This document shows, in pieces, positions 37,500 through 52,200 of a stretch of 64,000 nt of DNA. Source of the DNA: Azolla caroliniana (taxonomy: Eukaryota > Plantae > Polypodiophyta); assembly GCA_043228905.1 (NCBI GenBank), contig JBHGNT010000009.1, positions 16,864,001 to 16,928,000 of the forward strand, written 5' to 3'. The first letter of the stretch is position 1. Each line of letters opens with the position of its first letter. The notes below the pieces were generated by a model. The model saw only the letters and a program-made list of their open reading frames with translations. It was not told the DNA's origin and searched no databases. Position numbers and translations under genes: made by a program.

Positions 37500-40400
37500 C
37501 TCTTCCAAAATGGCCTGGATGTTTGGCTTTGCTGCAGTGTCCGCGTCCGGAGGTGACGTAGGGTCCATAGGTGCATCGTGGTGTGGCTCCCCTGTTTGGT
37601 CGGGCTGGTTTCTCCTGGATTCGCAGTCGCCGTGTGTGGGTGGTCCGGGTACAGTGGGCTCTTCTTGATCTAGTGGGTTGGGCTCCGCCGTTCTCGTGCT
37701 TCTAGTCGGCTTGCGGCTCTGCCTCTATTGTTACGTCCTCCGTGGTGTCGGCCATTTTTGTACGTTTCGGGTACAATGGGGCTCTTCTTGAGCTAGTGGC
37801 TTGGGCTCCGCCATTGTCGTGCTTGCAGTCAGTTGCAGCTCTGCCTCTATTGTTATGTCCTCCGTGGTGTCGGCCGTTTTTGTACGTTCCGGGGAGTGGG
37901 GCGGAGATTCCGCCTGGCCCGCACTGTTCTTTGTGTGGTCCAATGATAGCGTGGGCTCGTGCGGATGAACCTCCTCTTGTGCTGTGGTTTCGCTGTCTGG
38001 TCCTGTGGGGGACTCCGCTCGTCGGTCCGCGCTGTTCTCCATCGTTGTCATTTCTAGTGATCGGGCCTGAGGTTCCTCTTCTTCAGCCATGCCCGGAATT
38101 GGCGTCACGCTGGATTCCTCGTTTGTGCGCGTGTTGCCAACTTGTGTGATCTGGTGAAATAGCTCCTCCTGGCTTTCATCAAAATCATCTAAGAGCTGCG
38201 CGAGTTCTTCGGAGTGTTGGTCCGCTAGCGCACAATAGTCTTGCGCTAGGTCCTCTCGTACAACCGCAATGCTCTCCTCATTTAGTTTATAGAAACCTCG
38301 GCCGTCTTTTTGCCGGTTCTCCCAGTCCGCACGATACGCGTGTAATTTCGCTGCTTGGGTTGCCCACGCCATCCATCCGTTGTCGAGCGCCGTTTTCAAT
38401 TGCGTTGTGAACCTCTCCCGATTTGTTTGGAGAAGGATACACACGTTATCTGTGATGGCCTGGCAACGGTTGCGTGCGTCTTCCATCGACTTCTGGAGAT
38501 TTGCGATTTCTTGCTGTTTAACTGCCACCACTTCTTCGTACGTGGCCTTCAGGCCCGCCCACAGCTGGGATTCCTTTGCATGCTGTTCTTCTAATTTCCC
38601 CATTTCATTGTTTAGGCTAATTTTGAGTTGATGCCTTCTGTCTTGTTCGACCACCAACTGCTCGTCGAACCATACCTTCTTTTTTCTAATAAGGCCCGGA
38701 GTCCCGCGATTGCCGCCTCTGATTTCTTCGCTTCTTGCCGTAATTGGGCGTTGTCGTCTTTTGTCTGGATGTGCTAAGCTACCTCCGTAGCGAGTTTCTC
38801 TTCAAGGGTTTTTACTGGCTTCCGACAGTTAGCCCGTATCTCCTTTTCTCTGTCTGAGGATTGGCGTAGTTCCGCTCGAAGGCGGTCCATTTTTGATTCT
38901 GCTAGTTGCACGGCCTTTTTCGCTTTTGAGGCGATGTCGGTCTGAGCCTCAATTTCTTCCTTTAAAGCGTCGATGGCTTGGTTTGGGGGCGGAGTTGCGT
39001 GTTGCGTTGTAGCCGCGTGAGCTTCCAACTCTGCAATGCGTTCGTTGGCTTTTTGTAGTTCGACTTGGGTCAGTTTCACCTTCTTCCATACATTCTTATT
39101 TTTTATGGCCATCTCCTTGGCGCCCTTGCTGACCTTTGCCAGTTCCCGATGGACTTCGATTAGGGTCGTGTTTAATGGGGGTATCTCCATCCCCACTCGG
39201 CGTACCCCGACGTTCCTCTGTCTGCCGACCCTGGCTAACCGGTCCTCATCGTCGCTCTCCATCGTTTGTGTTAGGGTGCACTCAATCATCTGGCATTCCG
39301 CATGCTCTTCGGCCATTCGTTGGGTGGCTTTTACCTGTTGTGTTGCCAGGAAATCCATGAGCTCAAAAGAAGTGCCGAACTGTAAGAGGGCGTTGAACTC
39401 ATGGGCTGTATCCGGGATATTTGGATATGCCAAAACCTCTCTTTCCACCGTCAATACGGCTTTCCCTCATTGGGACTGGGTTGTAATGATCGGCCGTGGC
39501 TCCCAGATGATTTTGAAGGTGGTATTGGGTTCCGTAGCTGCGGAGCCATCGCCTTCGGTCGGTGTTTCTGTCGCTGTGGGAACGTTTTTGACCAACCCTA
39601 GCCCATATTTCCTGTCCAATCTACGCCGTTTCGGTCTAGGGCTATCCTGCCGTGTTTTGGTGTCTGGTTCTGGGGCTGCTTCCATGGAATGTGCCGGCTG
39701 TTCCTCCTGCGTTGTCCGTGTGTCTGGCTGGTCGGTAGGTGGTGTTGTCCTTGGGTCAGGCTGGGAGGGTTGGGGTTCCTCTTCCCACTCTGGGGCCGAT
39801 AACTCCGCTAACCTGCGCTTCGCAGATCAGGGCGGGGGCGTGGGCCGGCTGGGTTGTGGTGCCGACAGGCCTCGGGGTGGAAATAGTACCGTAAGGTACT
39901 GTTGTATGATCGGCCTAAGCTTTTTGCCTGCCTGGTACACATGTAGGCTTTCCCTTAACGCCGGCCCTGTGATGATCCCCCAATTGACCGCGCGCCCCTC
40001 AAAGGTATCGATAATGATGCCTGCCTTCTGCTTAGGCATCCCATATGCGTTGACATGTACGCACCCGACTTCTAGCAGGAACTTGGCAACTTCACGGAAG
40101 AAGGGATCCGGAATCTGCTTGGTTCTATAGGCCTTGGTGGAGGAGGAATATGGCCCGAAATATCGCTGCAGCGCCTCTGCAGGAGGGATGTCAAAATGCC
40201 TTTCACCTAGCGATGACAGGTCCAAATTTCTTCCGGATGGAGGAGTGGGTGACCGTGTCGATGTTAAGCTTCCTGGCAATGTCCATGGCATCCGGGTGTG
40301 GGGGTGCTTCTACGACCCGGATTTACCCATCCAAGCGTTTCTCCACGAGCCATCGGCGTAAGGCAGTAGAGATGAAGATCGTCATCGCCAGAGGAGGTTC

Positions 40401-40574
40401 GTGGGAAGGAGACTGGTGGTTGCGATGGGCTGTAGCTGTGTGATAGGATGGAGGAGAAGGTGAGGGGGAGGAGTGATGGAAGCGCTGATAGCTAGAAGAT
40501 GAGTTTCTGTTTTGTGGAGAAAATCTTATGTTTCCTTCTTTTTGTGGCTTAGGGTTCATTGGGCGGTGAGCCAT
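37500..40574 (-). pseudogene. Element C extra 3' ORF (~1000 codons, fragmented)
   Basis: RYFGPYSSSTKAYRT..AGIIIDTFEGRAVNW, then coiled-coil, then FYKLNEESIAVVREDLAQDYCALAD; collinear with D's extra ORF. Confidence 0.75.
37646..37892. repeat. ~122-bp tandem duplication in the tail of C's extra ORF
   Basis: gggtaca..ggctcttcttga.ctagtgg.ttgggctccgcc...ctctgcctctattgtta.gtcctccgtggtgtcggcc occurs twice. Confidence 0.85.
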
Positions 40575-43500
40575 CGTGGTGCTGCGTGTTCTTGAACTAG
40601 GAGTTTGTGCATGTCTTTAGTTGTTTTAATAGTCGCTATCTTCTCCCTTTTTTTTTGTTTTTTTTTTCGTAACGGTTATCTACAACCTATTTTTACATTA
40701 TGGTACAAGTGGGGCTGCTCATTTACGGTGCAGGTTCTCCGACTTTGTCCTGTTCAGCGGTGAATGGGTTAGGTGGCGTAGGGCCTAGGTAAGGTTTGAG
40801 CCGAAACCCATTCACCTTTTGCCGAACTACTTCCCCGGCCAACGTACCTAGTTGGAACGTGCCTTGTTCCGCTCAATTATCCAGTATGGGCTGGTCTAGT
40901 GGAATCGTAACTTCCCCGACATATGGCCCATGCGAGTTTGGAAAACCAGCACTGCTCGACCCACGACGAACTCCTTTTCCCTTGCGTTCCGATGTCGATC
41001 CACAAACGCTTTATGCCGTCGTTGTTCCTGTTCCAACACAACCATGCTATGGACGCGTTTTTCCCCTAGTTCGAGGAGTTGGTGGAGCCGTACTTCCTCC
41101 GACTTGGCTTTTGATAGTCTGTTCCGTACTTGAATTCGCAAACTAGGTACCTGAAATTCGACCGACATCACAGCCTCCAGCCCAAACGCTAGTTGAAACG
41201 GTGTTGACTGTATGCTTGTTTTGTAGCTGGTTTTGTACGCCCATAACGCACTTTGTAGTTTGGTATCCCAATCCGTTCTATTTTCATTGACGATTTTCTT
41301 CAAAATGGTCTGCAACGTCTTGTTGGTGGATTCTGCTAATCCATTCGCCTGCGGATAATATGGCGTACTCTTCTTATGGACTACGGTGTAATGATGTGTT
41401 AATTCTCGAACAACCGTATTGAGAAAGTGGCTCCCCTGGTCACTGATAGGCTCAATCAGACAGCCGAACCGGCACCAGATGTGCTCGTAAAGGAATCTGG
41501 CCGTGACGACCGCTGTATTTTCATGTAGTGCCTTTGCTTCTACCCATTTTGTGCAATAATCCGTGGCTACCAATATGTATTTATTGCCCGTACGGGCTGC
41601 CGCCGGTGTGAAGGGCCCCACAAAATCCAATCCCCACTTTTGGAAGGGGTCTAGCGGTAATATGGGCTGGTGTGGCATCCTTGGGCCCTCCGCGGGCTGT
41701 CCCATTCGTTGACACAAATCACACTTTCTACAATACGCGGATGCGTCCTTCTGCGTTGTTGGCCACCATAGGCCCGCCTACCATACTTTCTAGGCTGTAA
41801 CATTGCCCGCGTAATGGCCGCCTGCTATGCCGCAGTGTGCCTCCCGTAAAATTGCTTCCTTCTCATCCTGCCGTACCCCACGTCGCCAAATGCCGTCACT
41901 TCCTTTGTGATATAAAACGCCTTCGACGAGCCAGAAGTGACGGCTTCGGACGGCTAGTCATTTCTTCTCGTCCGTGCGTAATTGTGGTGGAGGCAGTCCC
42001 GTAGTAAAAATGTATGTCATTTCCATAAGCCACCGGTCCGGAAAGGTCGATTCCGTTCTTTCTGCTAGTATCGCTACCCGCAGGATATCGGCGTCTGGAA
42101 AATCGTCGTCATCTTTCTGTACTATTTCTCCATTCTCGAGTCTGCTCAAAAAATCCACCACTGCGTGTTGCGTCCCTGGTTGGTGTTGGATTACGAAATC
42201 GAATTCCTGGAGCAGTAGCATCCATCGCGCCAATTTCCCTGTCAGGGCTTGTTTCTCCACCAAATATAGTAGCGCCACGTGGAACGTGAATTTCCTTCCT
42301 AATAAATAGTGCCGGAATTTATTGATGCTATAGATCATCCCTAGCGCCTCCCGCTCCGTTGTGGAGTAGTTACGCTCTGCTGTTGATAATTTGCGACTAG
42401 CGTAGTATACTGGCCGGTACTAGCTTGGTTCGGTGAGCTGCATTAGTGCACTTCCTATTGCTATGTCTGAGGCCTTGATGAACATGTGGAATGGCTTCGC
42501 CCAAACTGGTGGTTGTACGACGGGAGCCTGTGTGAGCATTATCTTAAGTGCCTCGTAGGCCTTATCCTCCGTTGCAGTCCATTGGAAAGGAGTCTGATGT
42601 ACGACAGCATGTAACGGCGTGGCGAAGTCCGCCAAATACCATATCATCTGACTATGCCACCGTATTTGTCCCAAAAACCGGCTGAGTGATTTGGCGTTTG
42701 TTGGAGTGTTGGCTTGCGTAATCGCGGAGATTTTGTTCGGGTCAACCGCTATTCCCTCCTTGCTGACTATATGGCCCAAGAGAGTCCTGCTGGTCACGCA
42801 CATTTTGCGGAATTCAGGCTTAAGCGTGCGGTGCGGCAACGTTCCAGGCACAGTTGTAAGTGCGAAAAATGGTCTATTGTTCTCCCATATACTACAAAGT
42901 CGTCTAAAAAAACTTGCATGAACGCCGGAATGTATTCCCCAAAGATCTCTGTAATTGTCCATTGAAATGTTGCCGGCGCCGTCTTTAGCCCGAACATCAT
43001 GACGATTGCCACATATACTCCCCAGTTCGTGACAAATGCCGTATTTTCTTGGTCCTCGGGATGCATGCGTACCTGGTTATAGCCATTGAAGCCATCTAAA
43101 AAACTGTACATCTCATGGCTTGCGACGGCCTCCAGTACGCTATCGGTGAAGGGTAAGGGAAATGCGTCCGTAATGGTGACGACGTTTAATTTTCGGTAAT
43201 CTACGCATACCTGTATTTTGCCGTTTTTCTTTGGAACAACCACTATCGGGCTTAACCATGTCACTTGTTTAACTGGTCGTATGAACCCCGCCTTCAGGAG
43301 TTTGTCAATTTCTTCTTTCACGCGGGTCGCGTAGTTCGGGTTCATGCGGTAGCGGCGCTGCTGGACGGGTTTCACGTTGGTTGCTAAATTGATCTTATGC
43401 TGATAGAACTTGGGATCTAACCCCTTCATGTCCTCGTGAGCCCAAGTGAACACATCCTTATATTCTGTGACTAGCGCGATCATCGTTTTTCGTTGGTCCG

Positions 43501-46254
43501 GCCTTAATTCCTTTGCGATGGAGAGGAAACGAGGCTCTGATTCCATACCCATATTTACTTCTTCGAGGGCGGAAGCGGTGACTCGTCGTGAAATCTCCAT
43601 TTCCCTTTCGAATGCCGCCTGTGCTCTGCTGAGTTCCAATATGGACTCTGGGTTTGGTTTGTAAGGCTCGTCCTGGAGAACAGTGGCCGTGGCATATTCT
43701 GCCGTAGTTGCGATGACGTCTATTTCAAACAACGGAATAATCCGAGGGTGCTTGTCGAGGTATGCCTCTAATTCTGCATCCTCCACCCCAACCAACATAT
43801 TTATATCTTCTGCGTATAATGGTGTTATACCCTTCGGTTGTGGCGTGCTTCCTTCCGTAGGTATGTGAACCTTGGTGCGTCCGTGTCGGAAACTAATACA
43901 CTTGTGTTGCCAGCTCTGCTTGATATTTGCTGCCTGAAGCCATGGTCTGCCTAGAAGCATTGGGTACGCCCCTAGGGTGTCCAAGGCGAGGACGACCGCC
44001 GAGATGTCGAATCAGTGTCCGCCCACGATAATGCCTATTTTGCGAATTAACCCTAATGGTCGTACTGAGCGGGTATCTGCCATTCGGAGCCAAAATGGGC
44101 AAGCCTCCCATTCTAAAATGCCTAACTGCTTGCAAGTTTTCGCGCTCATTACATTGACGCCTGAGCCGCTGTCGATTACACATCCAGGAATTTCCTGTCC
44201 GTGTAATATTAATGTAATAGCCGGGTTGTGCTGATCCACTACCGGCGGTCCACTGCTAACGTCTGTAAGGTTTGTAGTGATACTCACCCTGGGTATGCCT
44301 GTCACCCGTTCTTCCATGGTCTGGCGGAAGCGTGGGACTAGCTGCAACAATTTCTCCATGGTTAATGTTATCTCACAGCCTGCTAACGCCTGCCAAATGG
44401 GGTCTGGGACTGGTCTTTCGTCCTCTGCTCGCTCCATTGTGTTCGCGGACTCCTTTCGCATACGTTCCGTATTTGTCGCGTTTGCTTTTTCCACCCACGC
44501 TTGGGCTTGTCGGCGTACCTCGTCTTGCGCAACCCAATCATCCCGTTTTTGTTTGTTGGCATGTCGTGACTTGCTGCACTTCCGCCGTAATCGTATTGAC
44601 AGCGGGCCCCTTTCCCTTGCGTGCTGGGCATTGCGTGGCATAATGTCCGGGTTGCTGACAAATAAAACAATGGATGCTTGATTCACCCTTCTCGGCTCCT
44701 GGTGGTGTGTGCCGCTCCCCTGGTGCTACTTGCTCCTCGCGGTTCGGCCTCGTTTGTCGGAACGCACGCGGTGGCTGCTGTTGGTCCCGTCATTGGTCCT
44801 GGTGCCACTCATCCCCCGAGCTTTCGTCGTAACGCCGGTGATCTCGATATTGCCGTGGCTTACCACGATAACCATTGAAGCCGCCCCATTTATTTTTCGG
44901 CCGTTGATTCTCGTAGCGCCGACCCCCTTTGGCATAACTTGGATGTCCACGATAATCCTCGTCCTCTAGTTCGTCCTCCTCGGAATCGTTGTGATTTTGG
45001 CGATTCCGGTGGTACTAGTCCTTCTGTGGGTTGCGATCCTTATACCGGGGTCGGTCTTCTTGCCTCCTTTGTTCAGTCCGGTGTGGTTGACGCTGTGTGT
45101 CCATGCTGCGGACTGTGGGAGTGACTCTGTTTAACATATTGTATTCGCATTGGTCGACTGTGTGAGTCTTCGAGTGGCAAATTGGGTAGTGGATTCGCAT
45201 ATTGTAGTCCACTGCGGAATGCCCCGAGTTCAAGCAAATCATGCACTGGATTGCTTGATGAAACTGGCGTTCCTCATCCTGAGGTAACGCTTGTCGTAAG
45301 GAGGACATAGAAAACCTTTCCTCCTTGTCATCCAACTCGAGCTGTAATGCTCGTTATATTACCATATTCGCCGTTTCCCCTTTCACGCTATTGTTGTTGA
45401 GCGTTGCCCGGATGGGCCGACGTAAAGCTGCCAGAAATGTTTCCCGAGCCTCATCTTCCGCGGGGCTCCGTTCCAGTTTCCGTCGTAGATTTTGGAAACG
45501 TAAGCTGAAGTCTGCTATCATCTCGGTTGGCAGTTGCTTAATCGTATAAAACTGTCCGAGGATTTCGCGTTGTGGAACACTCCGATGGAAGAATCGCAAG
45601 AACGCGGACTGCAGCTGATCAAAGGTTGTTATTGCTAGTAAATCCATCCGTGAATGCCAAAACGCCGCTCGCCCATCTAATCTTAACCCGAACTTCGTCA
45701 TTTTCGACTGGTGTGCTACCGCCTCCGAAAGGCTCTGTGTTACCGATTGGCAAGAAGGCTTAAGGAGGCCCAAATCAGAGTGTGAAAAGGAATAGTTTAT
45801 TCGGGAACTGTTGTAATTAGTAATCTTAAAATAGATATTAATATATGAGACGATGTGGACGGACGGACCGGAATCGGTATGCCGATCCGGATCCGGAACG
45901 ATCCCGTAAAGGTGCCGGTTGGCACCGTTTTGTATTTCGCATCGGAGACCTATATAAAGGCCCGGTTACAATGTAATCAGGAGCGGATAATTAATAAAGC
46001 TTATTGTCTTAATCTTCCAGTGTTGATTACCGTTCTATATTCATTGTTATATCTTACGCGTGTTAATTACGGATTGCTAAGTAACCAATTAAGGTCTAAT
46101 TAAGCGTTGTGCCATAAATCATTCTGCCGTACCACCCTTTGGTGAAGTGTCTTAACTGGACACCCTGTGTTAGGATGTTGTCCGGCCCTAGCAATAACAC
46201 AGTTTTTGGCGACCACGATTCCTGCATAATCGCAGTGAACAACGGTAGGAATGG

Positions 46255-49200
46255 ATGACTAGGCCAACAGACGACTCGGTTACGGAGAGAGCACGAAGAC
46301 TTGCTGAACGGAGATGGCGGAGAGAGGCTTTCCAGCAAGCAGCGGAAGAAATCCGAACGGATCGATCATTTTCCAAAGTGATCCGGAAAGTGGCGGAGGA
46401 GTCGCTCCGTCTGCAACAAAAAGCCTACCCGGACGAAGGAAGTACCTTAAGCAGCCTCCAGGAAGCGGAAACCCTTCTCTAGGCCTTGGCCGGAAGAGAC
46501 GGCGAATCTGAAGCATTTTCAGCGCTGGAATCGGATTTGGAAGGGGGTTAGAACGCGCATACGAACTATCGCAGCAGTAACGACACCCTAGGAGGACCGG
46601 AGGACGAGGAGTCAGATACCTTACCGACACCGGAACCAGAGTTGGCAGACTGGGAACCTCCGACACTCGTCGTAGAGCAACCTCCGGAGATGGAAGTGCA
46701 CCGGCAAAAACCTCCAACACCGGATGTCGAGCCGACAACACCAAAGGAAGACCGGCAAAGACCTCCGACGCCGACGGAACAGTAGGAAAGACCACCGACA
46801 CCGCTAGCCCGTGTACCGACACCGGACGATGACATGCTAATCCAGTACTCCAAGTATCGGGATGACCCGGACGTGGAGGCTCATGTTCACTCGTTTGAAC
46901 AAACGTGGAGGCTCATGTTCGCACGCGTCACAACGGTTAACCGCGGTAGAAGAGGAACAATCTAAGATAGCCGAATTCGGCGTGACATTGGAAGGACCGG
47001 CCGCCAGATGGCACCGGCCGCAAGATCACAGCACCATCACCACCTTTGCGGACCTGAAAGACAAATTCTTGCACTTCTTCCAGAAGGAGGTGGATCAACA
47101 AGAAATGGTGGGCTTATTTTATACAATTCGGCAGGACCCCGGGGAGAGCATCCCGCATTTTGTCATCCAGTTTCAACGGATGCACAGTCAGCTTACCCGC
47201 GCACCTCCGGAGGAAGAAATGCGGGCTATATTTTTAGCCGCGCTCCAGGAACCTCTACGAACGATATGCACGGTCATCGACTTTCGCACAAGCACCGTCG
47301 ACCAGGTTGTCGACCGGGTTAGAGAAATGGAGAAAACGAGCTCTTGGCTAACAATGGGAGCCCTCCAACGAGCAATACCAAATGATGAGGATCTCCGTTT
47401 CCGGCAGGCAATCCAATGCGTGACCTGCTTGAATTCTGGACACTCGTCACTGGAGTGCACCATGCGGACGCACTGCTTACTTTGCCAATCTACGAGCCAC
47501 ACGATGGACCGGTGCGAATATAACTTATTGAATCGGAAAGCCCCACCAGTCCGACAAATCGAGCCACGAAGCAGCCAAGACGAAGAAGACGAACGCTGGC
47601 GACGAGAGGAGCGATATCGATCGGCACAAGATGTCCGATACGACAATCGGCGAGACAACTATGACTGGTACAAGAGATATGACAAGTACCGAGATTACAA
47701 TGGACGATACGAGCATCACAACCGGGATCACTCCCCCGGGTATCACCAACGACGAGAAGATTACGGGAGGTATGACGACCAACCCCGGCAAGGGTACCGC
47801 AACAAAAAGAACTTTAATAAAAAACGGCATTTCAAAAACGGGAGCCACCCATGTGAACCGGAAAAAGGCGCCTCAAGCAGCCAACCGGACCAAAGCCCCG
47901 CGGTTACCACAAGTCCTCCACCGGGTACAGGAAACAATGCCGAATCCAGCAACACCCGGAAAGCATATTGCTATTACTGGCGGCAAGAAGGACATTATAG
48001 TAATCAATGTCCGGCAAAGAGCTACGATAAGCGATCGGCAGTAAACATGGTAGTCGCCGAAGTCGCAGACCTCCAGCAGGTCACCACAAGGTCGAAGGGC
48101 AAGACGACGGAATGGGAGACACAAGAGGCCATCCGGAAACAGGCGACGGAATGGGTGAAAAAGGCAAACGAGCGAAACATAGCAGAACTTGTGCAACAAA
48201 AGGAGAACACCGAAGAGCTCGCCGGTGGCAGTTAGTCCGAAAACGCGACATGGCAGGCATTGCAGGAATGCAGATCACGCTGCCATTAGGACGACTCTTG
48301 CAGCTAGTACCAAGATTGTCAGAAGGACTCAAGCCCGGCATGACGATAGGCGGCACACCACCGGCTCCGACATTCTTCTCAAATCCGGAGGAAGGACCGA
48401 TTGTGGTGGACACCAACAGTCCGGCAATTACGGCCATTGTGAAAGGGAAAGAACTCCCCGACATGATAATAGACGGAGGCTCCGGCGTTAATGTAATCAG
48501 CCTCCGGACGTGCGATGCTCTTGGAATCCAAGAGTGGGAGCCATGTCCGTTCTGGCTCCGAATGGCAGACACAAGCTCGGTGCGACCGACAGGATTAATA
48601 CGGAACTTGGAAGTAACCATCGGGGGCCACACATTCGGAATCTCAGTTGTAGTTTTCCAGTTGCAGGCTCAAGGAGTGTACCCATTATTGTTGGGACGCC
48701 CTTGGTTAAAGACGACACACATCAAGCAGAACTGGAGGAGGAATATGATTACGTTCCGACGGGGAAAAGCGAAGGTACGGGCGGGTACCAACACAACTAA
48801 GGAAGGGCACCGGCAAGGATCTGACACCGTTATATGCGGAGTGTGTCAATATGCTGGAAGGATTAGCAGACGAAGAAGAAGAGCAGTACTTGCTGGAGAA
48901 CCCGAAGATTGTACCCCTATTCGAAATTGACGTCGCCGAAGCGGTATCACCCTACTTACTACAACCGGACGGAACTGGATAAAGAAGCAATCCGGGAGTT
49001 ACGGCAAGCGCAGGAGGCGTTGGAAAGGGAAATGGCCGTATCCAAGTGCGTAAAAGTGTCTCAATTACAAGAGGTAAATCTAGGAACGGCGGAGGAGGCA
49101 AAACCGGTGCACATCGCCAAAGAAATGAATGCAGAGAACAAAACAACGATAATTACACTCCTCAACAAGTTTCGCGAGGTATTTGCCCGGTCTTATGAGG

Positions 49201-52200
49201 ATATGAGAGGCCTGGATCCTCAGTTGTATTAGCACCAGATACATCTGAGCAAAGATGCCAAGCCGGTAGCATAACGTCGGTACCGGATGAACCCAAACTA
49301 CGCCGCCAATGTCAAGGAGGAAATCGACAAATTGCTGAGGGTTGGCTTCATCCGTCCCGTAAAGAAGTCTACATGGCTGAGCCCGATCGTAGTTGTACCG
49401 AAAAAGAATGGCAAAATTAGAGTTTGTGTCGACTACCGGAAGCTCAATGCGGCAACGGTAACGAATGCATTTCCACTTCCGTTTACGGATGGAGTTTTGG
49501 ATGCCGTCACCGGCCATGAACTCTACAGTTTCTTAGACGGATTCAGCGGGTATAATCCAATCCGGATGCACCCTGAGGATCAAGAGAAAATGGCTTTCGT
49601 CACCGAATGGGGAGTGTTTGTTGTTGTGGTGATGATGTTCGGGTTGAAAACGGCACCAACAACATTCCAACGGATCGTCATGGAGATCTTTCGCGAATAC
49701 ATACCGGCTTTTATGCAAGTGTTCCTTGACGACTTCGCCGTCTATAGCAGAGAAGAAGATCATTTGCAGCATCTCAGACTATGTCTAGAGAAGTGTAGGG
49801 CGTACCGGCTAAACCTGAATCCCGCGAAGTGTGTATTTGGAGTGTCCAGCGGAACGCTACTAGGGCATATAGTGAGCAAGGAAGGCATTGTCGTAGATCC
49901 GGACAAAGTGAAAGCAATCCTAGAAGCACCAGCACCGGCAACGACAAAGGCATTGAGCCGTTTCCTAGGACAAATCCGTTGGCATAGCCGTATGCTCGAT
50001 ATTTGGCAGACCTGGCTACACCTCTGCATGCGGCAGTACATCGAACACCGTTCGAATGGACCGACATCGAAGACAAGGCGTACTGGGCACTAAAGGTGTT
50101 ATTGTCACAAGCACCGGTAGTGCAGCCTCTGGATTGGAGTAAAGAGTTTCATGTGTTTGTGGACACCTCCGACATTGCAATCGGCAGCGCGCTCATGCAG
50201 CTTACCGAGCCAAGGTGGTACCGGCCAATGTACTATGCCAGCCGGAAGCTATCTCAAGCGGAACGAAATTATTCTACCATGGAAAGGGAAGCTTTAGGAA
50301 TGATCTACAGTGTAACAAAATTTAGGCATTATTTATTGGGAAGAAAGTTCTCCTTCCATGTGGATCATTCGACACTCCTCTACCTAGTATCCAAAGCGTC
50401 ACTTACCGGTAAGTTGGCCCGGTGGACTTTGTTGTTGCAAGAGTTCGAATTCAAGATATTCCATCGACCCAGCATACAACATGCGGTAGCAGATTATCTA
50501 AGCCGGTTAGATTCCGGGGAGATAGGTGACGGAGTACCGGACGAGTTTCCGGATGCAGAGCTTTTTCGAGTCACCACGGAAACGGCAACAGATGAAATGG
50601 TGGCACAAGAAGATAAGTGGCTAACTAATATGCACCAGTTTCTGAGTACCGGATTGCCTCCGGAGGAGATAAACCGGGACGAGAGAAAACGCCTGGCGGT
50701 ACAGAGCCGACACTTCTGTTTATTACATGACATGCTATACCACAGAGGTGCGGACGGTATCTTGTGACGAGTGGTGCGCAACGACGAGAAGGAGGTAATA
50801 CTACGGGAGGCACACTGTGGAGTTGCCGGAGGCAATTATGCCGGAGATACGACGACAAGGAAAGTATGGCAAAGTGGCCTATGGTGGTCGACGACATTGA
50901 AAGATGCAGTCCGATATGCGAAGGAGTGTGATCTATTGCAACGAATGGGTCAGCCAACGGAACAAGCTCAGATGCCACACCAGCCAGTCCTACCACTAGA
51001 ACCATTCTAGAAATGGGGGCTGGATTTTGTCGGGCCATTTAAACCACCGGCAATGAGAACTGGCAACCGGTACGTGATCGTCGCGACGGATTACTGCACT
51101 AAGTGGGTGGAAGCGAAAGCCCTATGAGACAACACCGCGGCGTCAACGGCGAAATTCTTATACGAATGCATTTGGTGCCGGTACGGATGCCCCATAGAGC
51201 TGATAAGCGGCCAAGGAGGGCACTTTCTTGGACATGTGGTAGAAAGTTTTGTTGGGAGACAGGTCCCTCTGGATGGGAAACCGTATGATGAGTACCCGGC
51301 TACGGAGAGCCGGATGGTGCAGAACCGGTGAGAACCGGATGAGGAGTACCCGACTACGGAGAGCCGGATGGTGCAGACCCGGTGAGGAGTGCTCACCGGA
51401 TGAAGAGACATATTCGTAAATATGTTTCTGAGAGTCCATCATGGCTATATTTGTAAATAGCCGTAAAGTCATATTAGTATAAATATGACTTGGGGCAAAC
51501 TTTTAGTGTGGTTGTAATTCTTGTTGGTGCAAGAAGAGAGTGAGCGCGTAACCGTGTACAGAGAGAGAGAGAGAGAGAAAGAGGTCGTTGACTCTGTTGA
51601 AACCGCCGCCTGTGGCGAAGATCGTGAGCACGAGATCGTTGCCTCCGTGAACTCACTGTTGTACATTCTAACATAGTGATAGTTTGTAGCCTGTGGGCTG
51701 CCGTGGTTTTTTCCCTAGTTTGGGGTTTTCCACGTAAACATCCTGTGTACTCTTCTCTTCTTTGTGTCGTGCATCTATTTCCCGTTTTCTGTGTATGATT
51801 CTAAGCTCGGTTGTGGCCGAGCGTTGCGTATAGGGAGCGTGCAGTTCCTGTCAAGTTTGACGACGTTTTATGCGGTAGTACATAAACGAAGCACCCCGTA
51901 CTACCCACAAGCCAACGGATTAGCGGAGTCAACAAACAAAACGCTATAGAATATCCTGCGGAAGATCGTCAATGAAAATTGGACAGATTGGGACACGAAG
52001 CTGCACAGTGCGCTCTGGGCTTACCGGACAACGTACAAAACAAGCATCCGAACAACGCTGTTCCGATTAGCATTCGGATTAGAGGCAGTCATGCCGGTCG
52101 AATTCCAGGTACCGAGCTTACGGATTCAGATTCGGGAACGACTCAATGAAAAGGAATCGGAGGCAATTCGGTTAAAGGCTCTGTGTGAACTAGAAGAACA

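Noticed and set aside
39036-40130. Long 364-aa plus-strand ORF and similar antisense ORFs over pol genes
   Set aside because: Shadow frames of GC-rich retroelement coding sequence with no recognisable motifs.
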